Of a DNA stretch of 62,486 nucleotides, positions 1 to 9,400 are shown piece by piece. A program made the position numbers and the translations under genes. How positions within the stretch are numbered: position 1 is the stretch's first letter; the number at the start of each line of letters is the position of its first letter. Below the pieces are notes generated by a model. It was given only the letters and a program-made list of their open reading frames with translations. It ran no database searches and had not been told where the DNA came from. The stretch is from contig JAVVTJ010000002.1 in assembly GCA_036653755.1 (NCBI GenBank), positions 1 to 62,486 of the forward strand. The letters are read 5' to 3'. This stretch comes from Clostridia bacterium (lineage in GTDB: Bacteria > Bacillota > Clostridia > TANB77 > CAG-465).

Positions 1-36
1 AATTTAAGCAAAAAAATAAAAATTGTCTGTTATCTA

Positions 37-65
37 TTGATTTATTATATAAAATGTGTTATCAT
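37..65 (+). promoter_or_regulatory. sigma-A type promoter for tRNA-Arg
   Basis: TTGATT (37-42), 17-nt spacer, TATCAT (60-65), TG at 57-58 (extended -10). It ends 15 nt before the tRNA 5' end. Confidence 0.5.
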
Positions 66-80
66 ATTAAAGTAATAAAT

Positions 81-163
<83 letters not shown>

Positions 164-168
<5 letters not shown>

Positions 169-195
169 TAGTGAAAGCTATACTTATTTTGTTTT
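164..195 (+). terminator. Phage-supplied terminator hairpin after the tRNA
   Basis: AAGTATAG (164-171) / CTATACTT (178-185) followed by ATTTTGTTTT. Confidence 0.55.
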
Positions 196-277
196 AAATT
201 GATATAAACGCATTGTTTAAGCTATTCTATCTTTTTATATTTCTTGTTTTTTTATGTTTTTATACTAGTTTTTTTTG

Positions 278-302
278 ACGTTGCATTAAACGTTGCATTA
301 AA
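278..302 (+). repeat. Tandem ACGTTGCATTAAA x2 (candidate integrase arm-type sites, P arm)
   Basis: TTGCATTAAA at 281-290 and 293-302. The same 10-mer occurs twice at 35660-35680 in the same orientation. Confidence 0.5.
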
Positions 303-418
303 ATTATACACAAAAAATAAATTTTAATACAGTTTGATACATACATAAAATTTATATTTAAGCAATGTAAATTATTTGCTACTAGGATGTTTTGAATTTT
401 ATATTAGTATTTTTATAA

Positions 419-445
419 GACATTTTCGACATTTTCGACATTTTT
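419..445 (+). repeat. GACATTTTC x3 tandem 9-bp repeat
   Basis: Three contiguous copies (third ends in T) about 30 nt upstream of the toxin promoter -35 box. Confidence 0.6.
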
Positions 446-476
446 TAACAATTTTTAAACGTTTTATAAATTTATA

Positions 477-505
477 TTGCTTTTTAGATATAATTAATAT
501 ATAAT
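477..505 (+). promoter_or_regulatory. Promoter of the PemK-like gene
   Basis: TTGCTT (477-482), 17-nt spacer, TATAAT (500-505). Confidence 0.5.
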
Positions 506-532
506 ATGGTCATATTATTTGGAGGTGACAAA

Positions 533-1147
533 GTGAATAATAGTGAAAATAATGATGATCTTATTGACTGTAATATTTATGCAAAAGTGCCATACTCAGC
601 TTTAACAAATATGGAAGAGCACACTAAAAAAACTATGATTTTAGCATTTAGTAGTATTTTAGAATCTACAAAAAACATATCATCTACTATAGTTTTTGAC
701 ATTATAAAGGACATACCAGATATATGTAAAATGCATCATGATTCTTGCGAAAATACAAAAATAAGAATGAGAACTTTTAACAAAAATCATCCCATAAGAC
801 CGATAAGAGGTCAAATTTATAATGCTTACATAACTACTGGAGTTGGTAAAGAATTAAAGAAAAATCACCCAGTTGTAATAATACAAAATTTAAAGGCTAA
901 TATATTTTCTGAAAAGGTTAATGTCCTTCCAATAGAAGGTGATGGAAATATTATTAATAAAATATATGCAGAACAAATTTGTTCTAATGATGTTATTGAA
1001 GGAAAATTAGATAAAATACCATCAAGAGTAATAACATCTGATATTTTAACTATAGATAAAGCAAGACTTGGAAGACTAATTGGAAAATTAAGTGAAGAAA
1101 AAATGCATTTAATATCCGAAAAGGTAAAAAAACAATTGGAATTATAA
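533..1147 (+). CDS. PemK/MazF-fold toxin-like protein with unassigned N-terminal extension
   Basis: ORF track 506-1147. The -10 box ends at 505, so the likely start is GTG 533 behind GGAGGTGA (521-528). The C-terminal ~115 aa follow the PemK/MazF pattern (IRGQIYNAY, HPVVIIQN, LPIEG, ILTIDKARLGRLIGKL). The N-terminal ~90 aa are unrecognised. Confidence 0.65.
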   Translation: MNNSENNDDLIDCNIYAKVPYSALTNMEEHTKKTMILAFSSILESTKNISSTIVFDIIKDIPDICKMHHDSCENTKIRMRTFNKNHPIRPIRGQIYNAYITTGVGKELKKNHPVVIIQNLKANIFSEKVNVLPIEGDGNIINKIYAEQICSNDVIEGKLDKIPSRVITSDILTIDKARLGRLIGKLSEEKMHLISEKVKKQLEL

Positions 1148-1175
1148 AAAAATGTATATTTTTTATACATTTTTC
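1146..1175 (+). terminator. Rho-independent terminator after the toxin gene
   Basis: A-run, stem ATGTATA (1152-1158) / TATACAT (1164-1170), then TTTT. Confidence 0.6.
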
Positions 1176-1185
1176 TATAATTGTA

Positions 1186-1214
1186 TTGACAATCATTTTT
1201 TTATATGTTACAAT
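1186..1214 (+). promoter_or_regulatory. Near-consensus promoter with no ORF downstream
   Basis: TTGACA (1186-1191), 17-nt spacer, TACAAT (1209-1214). Confidence 0.55.
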
Positions 1215-1220
1215 TAAATT

Positions 1221-1322
1221 ACAAATAAGCATTACTTATGTAAACTTATTATCTAGCCTTAGGGCAACGGCTAGCAATAGCTTTTCTAGGACTACACATT
1301 CAGAATGTGTAGTTCATTTTTT
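1221..1322 (+). ncRNA. Candidate small RNA 1 (~100 nt)
   Basis: Lies between the 1186-1214 promoter and the terminator ACTACACATT-CAG-AATGTGTAGT (1291-1313) plus T-run. Internal hairpin CTAGCC..GGCTAG and GGCTAGCAATAGCTTTT motif (1269-1285). No ORF. Confidence 0.45.
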
Positions 1323-1375
1323 ATTCATATAATTATGATTTTTGGATATACTAATACTAGTATTAATATCTAGTC

Positions 1376-1458
1376 TTAATTTTTTAAGATATTGGCTAGC
1401 AATAGCTTTTTCAATATTATATAATACTTTAGAGGAGATTAACTCCTCTAATTTTTTT
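1376..1458 (+). ncRNA. Candidate small RNA 2 (~80 nt)
   Basis: Weak promoter TTGGAT(1342)-16 nt-TAATAT(1364). Second copy of GGCTAGCAATAGCTTTT (1394-1410). Terminator AGAGGAG-ATTAA-CTCCTCT (1431-1449) plus T7. Confidence 0.3.
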
Positions 1459-2104
1459 ATTTAATTACAGCACTTGTATCTACTCCCACATATATTTGAA
1501 CTTCTCCAAAATCACGTGTTTTAATTACTGCTACATTTTTTTGTGTCCATCTTAAAATTTCATATGTTAAACCACCGAATTTGCTTGGAAATAATTTTCC
1601 ACATTCGTTTCCTACAATAGGTTGTTTGTTTAAAGGATATACCCTCCAGCTCTGTACACTTGCAGGTAGGGTTACAGTTTGTACACTAGGTTCTACTATA
1701 TTTTCTTGATTTTTAGGTCTTAAAAACACTAAAGGTGACAAATACGTATAATTATGCCACTCTTCCGTTAATTGTTGCTCAACCCAATTTTGATCTATTG
1801 TCTTAAATGCTTTTAAATCTCCTTCACCTAAACAAATTGCAACATGTCCATAATTTCCACCTGTAAATACTGCTATATCACCTTTTTGAGGTACAAATTC
1901 AGGATAGTTATTTATTCTTTCTACATTATTCATTATATTAGGATTATTTAATATATTTTTTGCATAATCTGCACCTACATTTTGTAAACCTAATACATTG
2001 TTACAAAAGTAATTGTATAAGTCCATACATTGCTTTCCATAGTAGCCATCTGTGTCTACTCCACCCATATCTTTAATTTTATTTATAAATTCATTAAATT
2101 TCAT
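1457..2104 (-). CDS. Endolysin: CHAP peptidase/amidase domain plus SH3b-like wall-binding domain
   Basis: CHAP signature (GKQCMDL Cys, GNYGHVAICLG His). C-terminal SH3-like region. Start moved to ATG 2104 behind the GTGAGGAAA RBS, because the ORF-track start 2125 abuts the leader terminator. Confidence 0.8.
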   Translation of the reverse strand: MKFNEFINKIKDMGGVDTDGYYGKQCMDLYNYFCNNVLGLQNVGADYAKNILNNPNIMNNVERINNYPEFVPQKGDIAVFTGGNYGHVAICLGEGDLKAFKTIDQNWVEQQLTEEWHNYTYLSPLVFLRPKNQENIVEPSVQTVTLPASVQSWRVYPLNKQPIVGNECGKLFPSKFGGLTYEILRWTQKNVAVIKTRDFGEVQIYVGVDTSAVIK

Positions 2105-2125
2105 TTTTATTTTCCTCACTTTCAT

Positions 2126-2270
2126 TTAAACACTAAAATAGAGAGTAAACTTTCGCTTACTCTCTTTATAGTCAGAAACTAGGTGGGTTGGTACTCCCAC
2201 ATCTCCTACATCTTACGATGGGCTACGGCTACCAGTTCCGTCCTCAGAGTTTCTACTTATATTATATGTA
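2126..2270 (-). promoter_or_regulatory. Structured leader RNA with intrinsic terminator upstream of the endolysin
   Basis: 7-bp closing helix AGAAACU/AGUUUCU (2254-2248 / 2180-2174) encloses three hairpins (GGACGG..CCGU, CAUC-GUAA-GAUG, GUGGG..CCCAC). Core is ~50% G+C by my count. It is followed by AGAGAGUAA..UUACUCUCU plus a U-rich tract (2165-2128). Confidence 0.5.
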
Positions 2271-2277
2271 TATATAT

Positions 2278-2306
2278 ATTATAACATACATTTTTTTGCT
2301 TGTCAA
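2278..2306 (-). promoter_or_regulatory. Perfect consensus sigma-A promoter driving the endolysin leader
   Basis: On the minus strand: TTGACA (2306-2301), 17-nt spacer, TATAAT (2283-2278). Confidence 0.6.
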
Positions 2307-2307
2307 A

Positions 2308-2676
2308 TTATTTTTTAATTTCTATAAAATATCCATATTTTTCGTACTTTTCAATTTTTTCTTTTGCCATAACATACATCGTTCTGACAAAGTATTTTCC
2401 TTTTCCACTAGTTCTTACTACTACTAAAACCATTTCATTATATAATACGTACCTTTTTATATATTCTATTGAATTTTTACCCTCGTTTCTAGCAAGATAT
2501 GTCGGATTATTTATTATATCGCTAATTTTATTTCCATATTTATTATAATCTTCTAAATGATTAATTTTCATATGTTCTATATTTGCATCCCCAATTAAAA
2601 TAGGAATGTTTTCTTCAATATCCATTTTCAAAGTATCGATTACTTCCTTAGATATTGTAGCTATTTTTTTATTCAT
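2308..2676 (-). CDS. Small putative nuclease-toxin-like protein (PBECR-type pattern)
   Basis: 122 aa. IEHMKINHLEDY ... PTYLARN ... VLVVVRTSGKGKYFVRTMYVM resembles phage Barnase-EndoU-ColicinE5/D-RelE-like small nuclease domains (recalled from memory only). Confidence 0.35.
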   Translation of the reverse strand: MNKKIATISKEVIDTLKMDIEENIPILIGDANIEHMKINHLEDYNKYGNKISDIINNPTYLARNEGKNSIEYIKRYVLYNEMVLVVVRTSGKGKYFVRTMYVMAKEKIEKYEKYGYFIEIKK

Positions 2677-2735
2677 ATTATTATCTCCTGACTATAAATA
2701 TATTATACTACTAAACACTATACTTTTCAACTATT

Positions 2736-2903
2736 TTACTTATCCATTTCTTCAATTGTAGTTATCAAATCATGTATTTCATAATAAATAGTTCTATCTA
2801 AATTATTTTTAAATATATATCTGTCATGTTTAATACTTTTCTGATAAATTATTAGAATTTTAACTATATTTTTTATTATCCATTTGTTTATTATTTTAGC
2901 CAT
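2736..2903 (-). CDS. Hypothetical 55-aa protein
   Basis: Not in the ORF track (<60 aa). ATG 2903 behind GGAGGT, 55 codons, TAA at 2736-2738. Directly upstream of the 122-aa gene. Confidence 0.4.
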   Translation of the reverse strand: MAKIINKWIIKNIVKILIIYQKSIKHDRYIFKNNLDRTIYYEIHDLITTIEEMDK

Positions 2904-2957
2904 AAAGGTGACCTCCTACAAGCTATTTTAAGGCTTTTATATTTACAAGTAATGTGT

Positions 2958-3149
2958 TTACTTGTCCATCTTTTCTGCTTTAGTAAAATAATACGTAATT
3001 ATTGCAGATGTTATAGTCATAAACGCTACTACATCAATTACACCTTTGTATGTTAAAATACAAGTTGTAATAATTACGCTTAAACTTAATATTGTTTTTA
3101 CTTTAAATAAATTAGCAATATTTTCACCTATTTTTTTTAATACTTCCAT
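2958..3149 (-). CDS. Putative holin
   Basis: 63 aa, two hydrophobic segments, charged C-terminus, located in the lysis cassette. Confidence 0.5.
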   Translation of the reverse strand: MEVLKKIGENIANLFKVKTILSLSVIITTCILTYKGVIDVVAFMTITSAIITYYFTKAEKMDK

Positions 3150-3437
3150 TTATTTCACCCCCATTTTAAAATTAAGCTCTGATATACTTTTTTCTATATT
3201 TCCACAACGCTTGTCGTGTTCAACCATAAATTCTTGCTGATTATCCATACTTTTTTGTAATAATTCTAAAGACTTTGAAGTATTACTGTTTGTATTTTTC
3301 ATTTCTTCTAAAAATTTTGTATTTTGCTCTAAAGTATCTTTAATTTTATCTTTATTCTTAAACCAATCAAAAATAAACAAGCCTATTATTACAAAGCTTG
3401 TTCCATAATTCATTATCATTTTTACTATATCTTCCAT
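3150..3437 (-). CDS. BhlA/UviB-family holin-like protein
   Basis: 95 aa. Single N-terminal TM (FVIIGLFIFDWF) followed by KNKDK and a coiled coil, as in BhlA/UviB peptides. Confidence 0.5.
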   Translation of the reverse strand: MEDIVKMIMNYGTSFVIIGLFIFDWFKNKDKIKDTLEQNTKFLEEMKNTNSNTSKSLELLQKSMDNQQEFMVEHDKRCGNIEKSISELNFKMGVK

Positions 3438-3449
3438 TTATACACCCCC

Positions 3450-6400
3450 TTACCAGCTCCATTTTCCATTTTTAAGTTTTTTATATTCTGCCACTTTAAG
3501 TATTTTCTCTTTCTTTATTTTAGAAATATTTAACCCATCTATATATTTAAAACTATTTTTTCTAGCAGAATTTTTACTAACACCTTTATAATCATTGTCT
3601 TCAATAGAATATCCACTTAAATATGTAAGTAATATTTTTTGTTGTGGAGTCAAATCTAGTTTTACAATTTCTTTCATTACTTTTCTTTTTAAACTATTTT
3701 TTAATTTTTTATCTTCAAAGATACTTTTTTTATCTTCATCACCAACTAGAAAAGCTATATTTTTTTGTAGTTTCAAATATTCATTGACTGGTATTTTACA
3801 ATTGATTATAGGAGTTGTATCTGCAAACTCTTTTGAATAAAGATATGCTTTTGAATTTGCTGGTATATCAGAACTCAGTAAATAATCAATTATTTTAACT
3901 TTTCTAGTATTTTTAATTGTTTTACCATTACTATCCTTTTCAGATGGCATTTTATTTTGAGAAGTATCTATTTTATATGTAACATAATCTTTTATTTCAA
4001 CATTATTTTCTAACAGTTTATCCAATTCTTTTTTATCTGGCATTGAAGAATTATTTTTATTTACTTTTGTATATAACTCCATATATTCCTTTTTTGAAAT
4101 TTTATTGTTTTTTAATGCATATTCAGCATCCATAACTTGTGAACGTTTATCTTCTTCTCTTATCTTGTCATTAAATATATCCATTATATATATATTCCAT
4201 TTTTGACTATCATCTATTTTCATTTTATTTAATATATTAATTTTATCACTATTTTTCCTTTTAGAAGCATTAGTATATTTAGAAAACTCCTCAAATGGAA
4301 CATTTGCCTCTTTATAAATTTTAGTTTCTTTAGCTGTTAGTAAATTAAAACCGTCATCTACATATTTTTTAGCAGTAGGTAGTGAATATTTACCTAATAT
4401 ACCAGCCTGTGCATATGTACCAAGATTAGCATCTTCTATCGCAAATTGTAATTGTTTTTCTCCTTTTTTATTAGTTTTATAACTACCACCTTCTATAACT
4501 GCTGATATTCCATCAATTGTCTTTTTAAGTTGTGATCCACCAAAAGGTAAGAATATATATGTAAGAGGTTTTGACATTTCTTTAATTAATGTTTCATTTC
4601 TATATTCTTCAGACACATCTTTATCAAATGAACCTGCAATTTTAATAACATTAGGTAACATAGAAGCAGTAGGAAGTCTTCCTATATCTTCCATTCCTAC
4701 TAATCCTGCTATATTAGAAAAAGGAATCGCTCCTACTATATTATTTCCTAAGCTTTGCATAGATTTTTCTTTTTCTTCATCATCACCAAACAAATAGTTT
4801 ATAACATCCATTACCCAGTGTATTGGATCCGGAAGTACATCATTTCCACCTCTAATTGATTTAATTAAAGTATTAAATACAAACGTTCCTGCAAATAATT
4901 TAGTATAGTTTTGAACTAGCTGTGTTTTAGTTTTAGCATCTATCTTCATATCTTTAGTATAATTTGATAGTGTATTGTTTACTTCAACTTGAAACATATT
5001 TATTACTTTAGCTATTGGATTTTTAGAATTAAAAGTTACCGGCAGAGCTCCTTTACTTCTATCAGCCATTAAATTAGCTGTATATTTATCAGCATTTGTT
5101 AAAGCATCTATTTCACTCATACCATTGCTAATATTTTCATCATATTTTGCTCTTACAATAGATTCTGATACAAAGTCATCTATAATTTGAAAAGGTTTTG
5201 AAGCAATTTCACTTAATTTATTTACAGTTGTCTTATATAACTTATCTGTTCCTCTTCTTTTAGTTAGAAAATCAGAATTATTTATAAATGAATCGTCGTG
5301 ACTAATTGAACTAGTCATAGTTTTAAGCATTCCTTTTAGAACGTTGCCATATCCTGTTGTACCAGTAGCTTGTATAAGAGGTGCTATATTAGTTAAAGAA
5401 ACACTTAAATTACCTCCAACTGCATTAGCTGCAAATCTACTTTCTAAATTTTGCGCAGTTATATATATATTTCTACCAAGCTCATATTCAAATTGTCTAT
5501 CTGCAGATGATTTTTTACCAGCTAAAACATTTGTATATTCTCTTATCCATGTTACAAAATGGCTCAATTGATTATTTGCTGTTTGATGTATTTTTTCTAT
5601 TGCTTCAACTTTATCTTCTGGCGATATATTTTCATTATCTTTTATTTCTTCAATTCGTTTTTTCATTTCTTCTGATAAATATGAATCTCTTATAGTGCTT
5701 TCAAATGCCCTTAGTCTTTGTATATCATCGGTATGATAAATAATATCCATACTTCCTTGTAAATACATGTCTATTGACTTTAAAGCATTATAATCAGTAA
5801 CATCACTAGTTCTTTGTAATAAATTACCCATCCAAGTTTTACCTGGTTTTCTACTAGCTGTTGTTCCTGCAATTGAAGTATCTAATTCTTGATATGTAGT
5901 ATCTATTCCTACCATACTTGATATTTTCCCTAAAAATGTATCAGGTTTATTCTCAGTAAAATGTGGAAAGTAATTTTTTCTATATTCTACTGGTGCATAG
6001 CCATTGGCAACTAATGTATCACTCATCTTATTACATAAATCATCAAATATTTCTTTATATGTATTACTTGCCTCTTTAATTTTATTTAGATTAACACCAT
6101 AATCAATTACTTGTCCATCGTCTAATTTTTTCTCAAGGTACAACTGTGCTATATCATATTCATTTATTTTATTGCCATCATAAACATATTTCTCTTTTGT
6201 ATCTAGTCCTAAATCTCTAATTCTATTACCTATTTCATTTTTAATTCTAGTAGATTCTGCTTCATTACTTGAATATTTATCATATAGCACTGAATTAATT
6301 TTATCAGCTGTTTTTTTATCTTTTACAACGTCCTGGATATTTCTTGTAAATGTTTCCCTATTTAATCTAAAACCAGCAAAAAGCCCTTTTTTATCTTTCC

Positions 6401-9400
6401 ATTCGTTCATATTCTCAGTTAAATCTTTTACTTTATCATAATGCTCAGCTTTAACATCTTTTCTGAATTTTTCAATTGCTTTTTGTGTTTCTCTTAGAGG
6501 CTTAGAAACTTCGTATACATTAAGTATACCTTTTACATTAGGCTTATCTTTTTTATTTTTAAGTTCCTCCACTGTTAAACTGCCATTTTCTAAAGCTTTT
6601 AAATATTTATTATCAACATCTGTTAAAACTTCTTTAGCCATTACTTTATCATGCTGTTTTTGATATTCATTAGCCATTTTAAATACTTCTTTTACATCTT
6701 CTACTTCTTCTATCTTTTTCTTTTCTTTTTCAGTTTTTGCCTCTTTATACCTATCAGCAAGTTTCACGTCATTTTCAAGTTCATATACTAAATTATCAAA
6801 ATCATTTTTAGCAAATTTTTTATATTCCGGTCCCATAACTATGTCGTTATATTCATTTAAGTTTCTTTCACTAAGTAATATATCTTCTTTAACTTTAGAC
6901 ATTCTAATTAACTGATCTGCTTCATTGTCAATTTTAGATGAAAACAAACCAGGATATACTTCACTAAGCTCTTGATATTTTACATCAATTTTAGTTGCGT
7001 TCATATCGCTGGTTGTTCTTATTTTTATATTGTCCACATCTGATTTAATATTTGTAGGTAAGTATACCTTTGTAGTTTTTAAATCATTAAACAAGTCTTT
7101 ATACTCATTGTAGTATGTTTTATCTACTATTTTTAAATCATTATATAACTTATTAAATAACTTAGTTTTACTTTCATCTGATAATGTACCGTTATTTCTT
7201 ATTTCTTCTTTTATTTCATTTACTGTATTATTTAATAATTCTTTATTTGAATATTTGCTAACTTGTAATTTATCAGTAAGGTTGGTTATAAATTGATTAG
7301 TTTTAGACTTTTCATAACGCTGATTTTTAGATAAAGTTTTAGCAGTATTTACTTCCTTCTTTAAATCTTTAATTTTATTACCTACATTTTCATTTTTATA
7401 TAATGTGTTTAGTCTATTATCCCATACAGTATTAGGTAAAGAAATAGAATTAGATTTTTCTAGTTCTACATGTCCTCTTCCTTCGCTCCCCAATCTGTTC
7501 CATGCTTGTCCTCGAATTTTTGTATTTTTTTGAAGTATCTCTCTGCCATTATTTTTCGTATTTTCCAATATATTTGTTTCAACATTCTCATAATTAACCC
7601 CATCCTTTTTATAATTATATCTTTTATCTTTAATTTTGTCAAATATATTTCTATTATTTAAATATTTTTGCAAATTCTTGTGTTCAGGATTATATTTTGA
7701 AGTTTCAGGAGGTGTGTTTGTTAAATTTTGATTCTTATATTTTTCTAATATGAACCTATCCTTAGTATCGGTGGCTTCAATTTCTCCTAAGCTTTCATAG
7801 TATCTTAGTTTACTTGCTTTGTTGCTTGCTCCACCTTCATAACCTTCTATTTTTTGGATAGCATGTTGTATTTCATGAATTAAGGTTCCTTCTGACTTAC
7901 TTTGAGTGTTTAATTTACTTACATCTAATTTAATTAAATCTGTAAATTTATTATAACTTCCATTAATTTTACTATTTTCAGTCATATGTACTTTATAATT
8001 AGCTAATTCTGGATATGCACTAAATAAAGTATCATGTTCTAATATATCGCCTAATTTATATGTCTTATTTTTTTCTAATTTAATATCTTTTTTTAGCTCC
8101 ATATCTTTATCAGAAAATTCAAATTTCCAGTCACCGTTTTTATCTTGGAACCAATTAGTTGATTGTCTTATAGTTTCATTATTAACACCTATACTTTTCA
8201 TATGTTGTGCATTTTCATATTGTTTCTCTAATTTACTATCATTTAAATTTTCCATTGCTTTTTTACCTGCAATAGAATATTTAGTATTATTTTGCATAGA
8301 ATATTTATCAGTAGTATTGACATCTGTATTTATAGGTGTTATACTATTATTATATAAAGAAGATGTGCGTGGTGATGCGATGAAGGATTTATCCGATGTA
8401 TTGTAGAACGGCATCTTCTTTATTTGTGTTATATCATATAATGTTTTCGTATCACCATGTTTTGCTATATTTATTAAACCTTCATATTTAAATCCATTTA
8501 CTTCAAATACTGTTTTATAATAATCCCAACCGTCTTTTGCAAATGAATGTCTTCCATCATCTTTTACACTATACTGATAATCTGATATATTTAATAAATT
8601 ATCTAATTCTGTACTTGCTTTCATTTTCATTTTTTTGTCAGGATTTTGTAACTCTGTTTTAGGATGTGTATATTCACTTGCTGTCTTGCTTGTTACATTT
8701 ATTTTTTCAGCTGTAGGCAATAGTAGAGGCTTATTACCATCTCTATAATTTTTTAATATATATTTTCTTGCTATATTAGTAAACTCTCTTGCAGTTTTAC
8801 CTTCAAAAATATCTTGGTCTGTATCAACTTTTACATATTTATTTCCATTACTATCTACTTGAATACTAAATTTATTTTGATTATTATTTATATTAGCATA
8901 ATCTTGTTTAAAACTGGTTTCAAATTTATTTTTTACATCTGACCAATATAGCTTTTCACTTTTATATCCAGTTAATTTATTAATTTTATTTAATTTATCT
9001 ATAACCCAATTATATACTTTTTGAGAAATTGTTTGGTCTTTAATAGTTAAATTATTTATAAACTCTTGATCACCTAATTTGCTACCTAATATATCTGCTA
9101 CTGCTTCATTATCTACTAATTCTTCGAATCCTATGCTTTCTTTATCGTATACTTGTGAATAAGCTTCTTCTAATGATTGTCTAGCTTCTAAATATCCACT
9201 TTTTTTAGAATCATAATCTTGTACAAGCTGTTTTAAAGTGTTATATTCATTAGTTCCCTCTAAGTCATGAGTTAATTCATGTACAGTTATATTCTCTAAT
9301 GTTTTATTAGTATCTGCATTTGGATTTAATATGACCTTTCTAGTTATATTACCATTTTCATCTGTATCTACTTTCCACATTGCATTAACATTGTTATTTT

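Noticed and set aside
2174-2254. The endolysin leader as a tRNA gene/pseudogene or a hammerhead ribozyme (7-bp closing helix, D-arm-like ACGG-AACUGGUAG-CCGU, a CUGAGGA box).
   Set aside because: There is no 5-7-5 anticodon arm or T-loop consensus on either strand, and 6 nt rather than 2 separate the closing helix from the D-like arm. After the helix that follows CUGAGGA there is no GAAA core, so the hammerhead fold fails. It is kept only as an unclassified structured leader.
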